A stretch of DNA of 64,000 nucleotides. It comes from Pseudomonadales bacterium. GTDB lineage: Bacteria > Pseudomonadota > Gammaproteobacteria > Pseudomonadales > Pseudohongiellaceae. The position numbers were made by a program, and so were the translations under genes. Below, piece by piece: positions 55,922 through 64,000 of this stretch. Numbering within the stretch: the first letter of the stretch is position 1; each line of letters opens with the position of its first letter. Under the pieces are notes generated by a model that worked only from the letters and a program-made list of their open reading frames with translations, was not told the DNA's origin and made no database searches. The DNA lies in the NCBI GenBank assembly GCA_023254735.1, contig JALRKV010000023.1:438-64437 (forward strand), read 5' to 3'.

Positions 55922-57310
55922 TTAGCGAGCGGCTGCTTGCTGCTCTGCTTTCTGAGCGATCATACCTGTCGCCTGCTCTTCCAGAATGTGAATGATGTTA
56001 TCAGCACGACTCTTCACGACTGTGTGCATAAAGATTGTAGGAATTGCGACAACAATACCGAGTACCGTAGTCATCAGCGCCTGCGAGATACCACCGGCCA
56101 TAATAGTCGGGTCGCCCGCTCCGTAAACCGTGATCTGCTGGAACACCTGAATCATACCGGTTACCGTTCCTAGGAGACCGCCGAGAGGCGCGATAGTCGC
56201 AATCATCTTGATCAGTGTGAGCAAGCTTTCGAGCGCAGGGGTTTCTTGCAGAATAGCCTCACCCAGCTTGAGCTCAAGCGTTTCGGTGTCAGCGTTCGGG
56301 TTGTTATCTGCAACCATAAGGACACGACCGAGTGGGTTGTTCTTAGTCGGCGTGTTGCTCTTGAGTTGGCTGCGTACTTTCGCTGAGGTTAATTCGAGCA
56401 TCAGTAGGCGATAGAAGCCAAGGATGATACCGATTACACCAACACCGATAATGATAAAGCCGATGGTGCCAGAGTTGTTGCGAACCTGTTCTTCAACCGA
56501 AGGGAAGTTTACAAGGTTAGCCATCACCTGACCGCCCACACCACCCGTTGGGTCGATACCAACCTTGGTGAAACCTGAAGTAGCGTTTTCGAGGTCGCTT
56601 GCCATACTAAGAATGCCGGCATCGGGTTGCTTAGGTAGAACCTGCAGATGGCCAATATCACCCGAATAGCTCAGGTATTCGCCGTCTGAGATTGAGTTGA
56701 AAGAACCTATGCGTGTAATCGAGCGAGTGGCTGTCTCACCTGTAGGCAGGGCTACTTCACCTTGATAAGTGACAACACGTGCGGATTCGGTCATCTCCTG
56801 CTGCATGAAATACCAGAAGCGCTCGATTTCACTTATGTCTAACTGCTCGATCGTGCTGCCGGCTTTTTCGATGAAGCCTTCGATGTACTCACTGCGACCT
56901 GGATACTGAGCGCTAATGAGTGAGTTTTCGAAGTTGCTGAGGAAGTCACCTGCAACGCCTTGCAAAGTACCGAACAGCTCATTGAGGTCACCGCGGCGAT
57001 CGCGGAGGATTTCTCGCTTGTCGCTGATAGTAATTTCGTTCGCTTCGAACTGGTCGCTCAGTTGCGCCTGAATACGCTCCTGCTCGGCGATGCGCTCTTT
57101 CGTTGTCTCGAGGATCTGAGCTTGACGCGCCGCATTCTGCTCGAATTCTTGCAGACGCTCACGGTATTCGGCTGACTCAGAGACTTTATCGCTTTCTACG
57201 AGGTTCAAAAGACCTGAGAGCGATGTCGCTTCTTGCGCGCCAACTGAACTCGAGGCTGCCAGGAGTAAGGCAGAGAGAGAAAAATTTATTAGTTTAGATG
57301 TCATTTTCAC
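55922..57310 (-). CDS. large MotA/TolQ/ExbB-family protein with N-terminal periplasmic coiled-coil domain (TtpC-like)
   Basis: 462 aa with a signal peptide and a coiled-coil N-half. The C-terminal channel domain contains ...PLGGLLGTVTGMIQVF... Confidence 0.7.
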   Translation of the reverse strand: MKMTSKLINFSLSALLLAASSSVGAQEATSLSGLLNLVESDKVSESAEYRERLQEFEQNAARQAQILETTKERIAEQERIQAQLSDQFEANEITISDKREILRDRRGDLNELFGTLQGVAGDFLSNFENSLISAQYPGRSEYIEGFIEKAGSTIEQLDISEIERFWYFMQQEMTESARVVTYQGEVALPTGETATRSITRIGSFNSISDGEYLSYSGDIGHLQVLPKQPDAGILSMASDLENATSGFTKVGIDPTGGVGGQVMANLVNFPSVEEQVRNNSGTIGFIIIGVGVIGIILGFYRLLMLELTSAKVRSQLKSNTPTKNNPLGRVLMVADNNPNADTETLELKLGEAILQETPALESLLTLIKMIATIAPLGGLLGTVTGMIQVFQQITVYGAGDPTIMAGGISQALMTTVLGIVVAIPTIFMHTVVKSRADNIIHILEEQATGMIAQKAEQQAAAR

Positions 57311-58143
57311 TGTGCAGTCTCCGGTGCTAGAACTGGCAATTCGATAATTCGTGGCGCATCGAGCTGTGACGCGACGCGGATAGCTGATTGAATGGCAGTG
57401 CGGTAGTCGCCAGCTGGCAACTCAACCCACTCGCGTGCATTGTTGTCCCAAGCACCGGTCACTTGCCTATCGGTGGTTTGATACATCAGAGCAACGCGAC
57501 CGATGCGAGCAATATTTACGTCACGCTCTGTGCCGTTGATTACGATGGTATCTGGGTAAGTTTCAGTCGTACGGCCATAGCTGTTCTCTGTTTGATACAT
57601 CACGAGAACTTGGCGGAATTTTTCGGCGATAGACACATCTGGATTGTCGATGGCAGCGCGCGCGAAGGCGATACGGTTAGCTCGCTCTTCAACGTGGAAT
57701 GGATAATCAAGAGCGATGAATTGCTCGATGCTCGAAAGCATTTTACCCATGAGGAGTGGAATTTCGCGTGTGACGATTTCAACATTAGCAATCGATTGAT
57801 CGAGTGACGCAATATTTTGCTCTTGGATCGAGATCGACTTACGGAAGCCGGCGTTCAATACTAAAAGAGCTTCGAGGTTATCGTTCTCACGCTTGAACTC
57901 TTCGTAAGACGAGCTGGCTGCGTTTGCTAGTCTGCTAATCTCGACTTGAGTGGCGGCTGAATCCCTGTTCTTGCTACCAATCACGTCCATTGCTCTGTCG
58001 AGAATGCTGCTGTCGATCAGAATCGTTTCTACTGGGGCGCTGTTTTCAGCCGCGATCTCTGCCGCTTGAGTGATACTCACTACGCAGGTCGCTAACACTG
58101 CAAAAGCAGTCACACCCAGGTTAGTAATTCGACGGTTTTTCAT
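57307..58143 (-). CDS. periplasmic DUF3450-like coiled-coil protein (TtpB-like first gene of TonB2-type clusters)
   Basis: 278 aa with a signal peptide and a 4-nt overlap with the next gene. The family call rests on position and composition as recalled. Confidence 0.55.
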   Translation of the reverse strand: MKNRRITNLGVTAFAVLATCVVSITQAAEIAAENSAPVETILIDSSILDRAMDVIGSKNRDSAATQVEISRLANAASSSYEEFKRENDNLEALLVLNAGFRKSISIQEQNIASLDQSIANVEIVTREIPLLMGKMLSSIEQFIALDYPFHVEERANRIAFARAAIDNPDVSIAEKFRQVLVMYQTENSYGRTTETYPDTIVINGTERDVNIARIGRVALMYQTTDRQVTGAWDNNAREWVELPAGDYRTAIQSAIRVASQLDAPRIIELPVLAPETAQ

Positions 58144-58650
58144 GTGCCATCCTATTTATTGTTAACTCGATTTCTTGTGAATCGCCAAGCCGTAGGGCTT
58201 AGCTGGTAATTAAAGTTGCTCACCCTACGGTGCGAGCAGCTCGACGACCCCTCTAAAATTAAACTCATACTTCTTTGTTAGCGCGGCCACACGCAGCGAC
58301 CGACTGTGGAAAAAGTATCAGATTCAACCAAATCTCGAAACCCATCGTTATCTCTTCGGTAACGTAAAAGCGTCGGGATTTGCCTTGCAACCCCCTCACA
58401 CTGCCCCTAGTTACCAAACTACTCACTTTTTTAATAAAGTGAGTCGCAAAGTAACTTTGTTAAGGGTAGTAGTCAGGATCGTCACAGAGTCCCCGAAATT
58501 CGGTGCTCTGCGCCGAATTCCGCGTAAAGACTAACACACTACAGAATCGTATTAGAACCTTTTGCTCGACAAAAAGTGCAGGAATAATTGGTTGATTTTG
58601 GCCCTTTTTTAGGACAAGTACTCAAGGTCCAACCATAAGCAGGCAGGCAT

Positions 58651-58677
58651 GAAAAAAGGAGCCTAAGCTCCTTTTTC
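58651..58677 (-). terminator. rho-independent (bidirectional-looking) terminator after sucD
   Basis: A-run, then AAGGAGC-ctaa-GCTCCTT, then T-run. On the minus strand the stem is followed by TTTTTT. Confidence 0.7.
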
Positions 58678-58724
58678 CGAATGCAAGATGTAAGCGGGTT
58701 GTATAAACCGACCACTTTAGTCGC

Positions 58725-59597
58725 TTACCAACCCGTCAACTCTTTGAGACCATTGCCGATTTCCGCAAGACTTCTGACAGTCTTAACTCCGGCGTCTTGT
58801 AGAGCTGCAAACTTGTCATCAGCAGTGCCTTTACCACCAGAGATAATCGCACCGGCGTGCCCCATACGCTTACCGGGGGGCGCTGTAACACCCGCGATAT
58901 AGGCTACGACAGGCTTGGTTACATTCGCCTTTATATACGCTGCAGCCTCTTCTTCCGCGGTGCCGCCGATTTCACCAATCATCACGATAGCCTCAGTCTT
59001 GGGGTCGGCTTGGAACATAGCGAGAATATCGATGAAGTTTGACCCAGGAATTGGGTCACCGCCGATACCGACGCAAGAGGATTGGCCGAACCCATAGTCG
59101 GTCGTTTGTTTGACCGCCTCATAAGTCAACGTGCCAGATCGCGACACAATGCCGACTTTTCCAGGAAGATGGATATGACCGGGCATAATGCCTATTTTGC
59201 ATTCGCCAGGGGTTATCACTCCCGGGCAATTTGGACCGATCAGTCTCACGCCTAATTGATCGCAGCGCTCTTTAGCCACCAGCATATCGAGGGTTGGAAT
59301 CCCTTCGGTAATACATACGATTAATTTAATGCCTGACTCAGCGGCTTCGAGTATCGAGTCTTTGCAAAAAGGAGCTGGTACGTAAATCACTGAGGCATCG
59401 GCCTGGGTCGCTGCATAGGCCTCTGCGACTGTATTAAATACAGGCAGACCTAAATGCGTTTGACCACCCTTGCCTGGCGTTACTCCGCCGACCATCTGCG
59501 TGCCGTACTCGATCGCCTGCTCTGAGTGGAATGTACCCTGAGCGCCGGTAAAGCCTTGGCAAATCACTTTAGTGTTTTTGTCGATTAAAATGCTCAT
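58725..59597 (-). CDS. sucD: succinate--CoA ligase subunit alpha
   Basis: 290 aa with ...[13 protein letters not shown]... and the phosphohistidine loop GHAGAI. Confidence 0.95.
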   Translation of the reverse strand: MSILIDKNTKVICQGFTGAQGTFHSEQAIEYGTQMVGGVTPGKGGQTHLGLPVFNTVAEAYAATQADASVIYVPAPFCKDSILEAAESGIKLIVCITEGIPTLDMLVAKERCDQLGVRLIGPNCPGVITPGECKIGIMPGHIHLPGKVGIVSRSGTLTYEAVKQTTDYGFGQSSCVGIGGDPIPGSNFIDILAMFQADPKTEAIVMIGEIGGTAEEEAAAYIKANVTKPVVAYIAGVTAPPGKRMGHAGAIISGGKGTADDKFAALQDAGVKTVRSLAEIGNGLKELTGW

Positions 59598-60763
59598 TGC
59601 GCACCTCCTGCAGCTGCGACGACTTTTTCGGCAGCGTCGGTCAGACTCGTGGCCGCAATAATATTCAATCCGCTGTCGCTCAGCACTTGACGGCCAAGCT
59701 CCGCATTATTCCCCTCAAGCCTCACGACTACAGGGACTTCAACTCCAACTTCGTGCACCGCGCCAATGATACCTTCCGCGATAAGATCGCAGCGAACAAT
59801 ACCGCCAAAAATATTCACCAAGACAGCCTTAACGTTGGTGTCAGAGAGGATAATCTTGAATGCCTCAGTCACACGCTCTTTCGTCGCGCCTCCACCAACA
59901 TCGAGGAAGTTCGCTGGGCTGCCGCCATGAAGCTGCACGATGTCCATGGTACCCATTGCGAGACCGGCACCGTTCACCATACAACCAATATTTCCGTCTA
60001 ATGCGACGTAATTAAGCTCCCATTCGGCTGCATGCGCTTCGCGCGCATCTTCTTGCGAGGGGTCGTGCATCTCTTTGAGTTTTGGCTGGCGATACATCGC
60101 ATTGCTGTCGATGTTAATCTTGCCATCCAAACAGTGAAGGTTACCTTGATCAGTAATAACCAACGGATTAATTTCGAGCAGCGCTAAGTCGAAGTCTTCG
60201 AACAGCTTTGCAAGGCCGAGAAACAATTTGGTGAACTGCTTAACCTGATCGATATTCAGACCGAGCCTAAACGCTAAATCTCGTCCTTGGAACGGCTGCG
60301 CGCCGGTCATAGGATCGATGATTGCCTTGAGTATTTTCTCGGGTGTTTCCTCGGCGACCTTTTCAATTTCAACCCCGCCCTCGGTCGATGCCATGAAGAC
60401 AACGCGGCGAGTTGCTCGGTCGACGACTGCACCGAGGTAGAGCTCTTGGGCGATGTCTGTGCAAGACTCGACGAGGATTTTGCTTACCGGCTGACCGTTA
60501 GCATCTGTTTGGTAGGTGACGAGGTTCTTGCCTAGCCACTCCTCGGCGAAAGACTGCGCTTCGGCGGGCGAATCAACTAAACGCACCCCACCCGCTTTGC
60601 CTCGACCACCGGCATGCACTTGGGCTTTAACGACCCATTTATCACCGCCAATTTTCTCAGCAGCAGCCTTAGCATCGGGTCCATTGTCGACAGCGATGCC
60701 GGTTGATACTGGAAGGCCATACTCAGCAAATAATTGCTTGGCCTGATATTCGTGAAGATTCAT
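59594..60763 (-). CDS. sucC: succinate--CoA ligase subunit beta
   Basis: 389 aa starting [19 protein letters not shown], with an ATP-grasp fold. Confidence 0.95.
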   Translation of the reverse strand: MNLHEYQAKQLFAEYGLPVSTGIAVDNGPDAKAAAEKIGGDKWVVKAQVHAGGRGKAGGVRLVDSPAEAQSFAEEWLGKNLVTYQTDANGQPVSKILVESCTDIAQELYLGAVVDRATRRVVFMASTEGGVEIEKVAEETPEKILKAIIDPMTGAQPFQGRDLAFRLGLNIDQVKQFTKLFLGLAKLFEDFDLALLEINPLVITDQGNLHCLDGKINIDSNAMYRQPKLKEMHDPSQEDAREAHAAEWELNYVALDGNIGCMVNGAGLAMGTMDIVQLHGGSPANFLDVGGGATKERVTEAFKIILSDTNVKAVLVNIFGGIVRCDLIAEGIIGAVHEVGVEVPVVVRLEGNNAELGRQVLSDSGLNIIAATSLTDAAEKVVAAAGGAQ

Positions 60764-60800
60764 CTAAACTCCGTTTTTTAAAGTAAACTTATTTCCTAGC

Positions 60801-62258
<1,458 letters not shown>

Positions 62259-62272
62259 CTAAATTGGGTGAC

Positions 62273-63454
62273 TTAGATCTCGAGCAACAGACGTGTAGGA
62301 TCTTCGAGCAAATCCTTCACTGTGACCAAGAACTGAACAGCTTCCTTGCCATCGATCATGCGGTGATCGTAGGACAATGCTAAATACATCATAGGCAACA
62401 CAACGACTTGACCGTCTACTGCCATCGGTCGTTCCTGTATTTTGTGCATGCCAAGAATTGCAGTCTGAGGTGGGTTAAGAATTGGCGTGGATAGAAGCGA
62501 ACCGAAAACACCGCCATTAGAAATCGTAAAGGTGCCGCCTGTCATATCTTCTATTGCGAGCTTGCCATCGCGGGCCTTTTCGCCAAAGTCTCGAATACCT
62601 TTTTCGATATGCGCAAGACTCATCGTGTCAGAGTTCCGTAGCACAGGAACTACTAAGCCACGCGGTGAGGACACTGCCACGCCGATATCCTGATAGCCAT
62701 GGTACACGATGTCCGCTCCGTCGAGTGACGCGTTGACCGCGGGATAGCGTTTGAGCGCCTCTGTACAGGCACGAACAAAGAACGACATAAAGCCAAGACG
62801 AACACCGTCGTGTGCTTTTTCGAACTCTTCCTTGTAGCGATTGCGAATCTCCATCACCGGCGCCATGTTGACCTCGTTAAAGGTTGTTAGCATGGCGGTA
62901 GATTGACTCGCGTGCAGCAGCCGCTCTGCTACTTTGGCCCGTAAGCGACTCATAGGAACGCGTTCCTCGAGGCGCCCGTTAGACGAGGCAATAGGTGCCG
63001 CAGCGGGCGCACTTAGCGCTGACGCAACGTCTTCTTTCGTTATACGCCCTGCTTTGCCTGTGCCTGCGATAGTAGCTGCATCGACATTATTCTCTGCAAT
63101 CATCTTCTTCGCCGCCGGGCTGGCAGGCGCAGAGGCCGCGACTGCGGAAGGTGCTGGTGCGGATGCGGCGACGGGTTCTACTTCTTCCGATGGTGCTGGG
63201 TCGGCCGCGGCAGCTTCGCCGGCAACTACTATACCAATCGCCTGATTACTAACGATTGTATCCCCTGTGTCTTTCAGGATTTCCTGTAGAACACCGTCAG
63301 TCGGAGAAACCACTTCGATGACGACTTTATCCGTTTCGATATCAACGAGAAGTTCGTCGCGCGAAACGCTGTCGCCAACTTGCTTATACCAAGTCGCAAT
63401 AGTGCCATCGGGAACCGACTCTGGGAGTGTTGGCGCTTTAATCTCAATAGTCAT
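62273..63454 (-). CDS. sucB: 2-oxoglutarate dehydrogenase E2 dihydrolipoyllysine succinyltransferase
   Basis: 393 aa with a lipoyl domain ([11 protein letters not shown]), an Ala/Pro linker and the catalytic DHRMIDG. Confidence 0.95.
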   Translation of the reverse strand: MTIEIKAPTLPESVPDGTIATWYKQVGDSVSRDELLVDIETDKVVIEVVSPTDGVLQEILKDTGDTIVSNQAIGIVVAGEAAAADPAPSEEVEPVAASAPAPSAVAASAPASPAAKKMIAENNVDAATIAGTGKAGRITKEDVASALSAPAAAPIASSNGRLEERVPMSRLRAKVAERLLHASQSTAMLTTFNEVNMAPVMEIRNRYKEEFEKAHDGVRLGFMSFFVRACTEALKRYPAVNASLDGADIVYHGYQDIGVAVSSPRGLVVPVLRNSDTMSLAHIEKGIRDFGEKARDGKLAIEDMTGGTFTISNGGVFGSLLSTPILNPPQTAILGMHKIQERPMAVDGQVVVLPMMYLALSYDHRMIDGKEAVQFLVTVKDLLEDPTRLLLEI

Positions 63455-63592
63455 GTCTAGTCCTTTTGAAGAACGGCCGCTTAGCGGCTCGATAATCTAA
63501 CTTTCTAGTTCTTATCTTTTTTCCGTGTTGGTAGCAGTTTCTTGTGGTCTTACACGCCTCACCGATATTTCCAACTTTCATCTAATAATCAG

Positions 63593-64000
63593 TTATTTCA
63601 TGGCCTCGTCGAGGAACTTTTCTAGCTGAGCGAGGTGCAGAGCGGGGTATCCTGCTGCTGCTGCTGCAGAGGCTTCACGACCGGCATAGCCGAGCACAAT
63701 GTTCGGGAAATGCTTTTTGATCGGTCTTTGGAAGTGGTGCTGACTCGAATACCAAGCGCCCTGATTCTTCGGCTCTTCTTGACTCCAAGTGATTTTTTCG
63801 ACATTCGGATAACGTAGTAGGCACGCTTCGTATTCTTTCGCAGGGAAAGGATAAAGCTGCTCTAATCGTATTATCGCAATGTCAGTAATTTCACGCTTGC
63901 GTCGCTCTGCTAGCAGGTCGTAATAAACCTTACCGGCACAGACAATTACTTTGCGAACCTTCTCGGGCACGATTACGTCGTCGATCTCATCGATAACGAC
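63593..64000 (-). CDS. sucA: 2-oxoglutarate dehydrogenase E1 component (C-terminal part; 5' end beyond the right edge)
   Basis: The C-terminal sequence ...WSQEEPKNQGAW... is typical of SucA, and the frame stays open to the window edge. It lies upstream of sucB. Confidence 0.9.
   Translation of the reverse strand, partial: VVIDEIDDVIVPEKVRKVIVCAGKVYYDLLAERRKREITDIAIIRLEQLYPFPAKEYEACLLRYPNVEKITWSQEEPKNQGAWYSSQHHFQRPIKKHFPNIVLGYAGREASAAAAAGYPALHLAQLEKFLDEAMK

Noticed and set aside
58581-58600. Fur box upstream of the TonB2-type operon (GGAATAATTGGTTGATTTTG)
   Set aside because: Only an AATAAT hexamer aligns with the 19-bp GATAATGATAATCATTATC consensus, and the rest mismatches. I saw no better candidate in 58144-58650.
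63652-63667. (CTG)5 trinucleotide run
   Set aside because: It is a short run inside sucA encoding an Ala stretch (SAAAAAG) near the C-terminus. It is too short and too ordinary to count as a feature.

Overview
The window reads as a core chromosomal segment of a gammaproteobacterium. Gene order is Pseudomonas/E. coli-like, and the compact intergenic spacing and acidic low-complexity protein tails are consistent with, but do not establish, a marine lineage. GC looks moderate but was not computed. I can support about 63 protein genes and one tRNA. There is no rRNA, CRISPR array, prophage or recognisable defence system.

Gene content from left to right:
- A co-directional argD-like / secreted epoxide hydrolase / AbgT transporter / secreted TPR-like cluster.
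- msrA and a 5'-nucleotidase-family gene.
- A sulfur block: TSUP exporter, cysB, APS-type cysH, then thrH.
- The conserved roxA-purB-hflD-mnmA-nudix-rluE block, and moaCDE.
- The cspD / clpS-clpA / infA-bpt-aat-trxB N-degron neighbourhood.
- ftsK-lolA-crcB-serS-cysG, then tusDCBE-yccA-tRNA-Ser(UGA), then prc.
- A lone tyrosine recombinase divergent from an alkB / L-2-hydroxyglutarate-oxidase-like pair.
- The holB-tmk-mltG-fabF-acpP-fabG-fabD-plsX-rpmF-yceD-rluC block, then argS and htpG.
- A six-gene TonB2-type energy-transduction cluster, then sucD-sucC-lpd-sucB-sucA (sucA partial).

I found no convincing new multi-gene system. These are the observations most worth a second look:
- A perfect 44-bp palindrome sits between the orphan integrase and alkB.
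- alkB is translationally coupled to an L2HG-oxidase-like flavoenzyme.
- Two 12-bp-period tandem arrays share a TAGAGAGT core. One is intergenic and CTAG-rich. The other creates a tetrapeptide-repeat tail on MltG that runs into tmk.
- A strongly structured 136-nt spacer separates exbB from exbD.
- A 581-bp ORF-free stretch lies upstream of the TonB2 cluster, in a genome where several convergent genes abut or overlap.

All family assignments come from motif recognition and recalled homologues. No searches were run.
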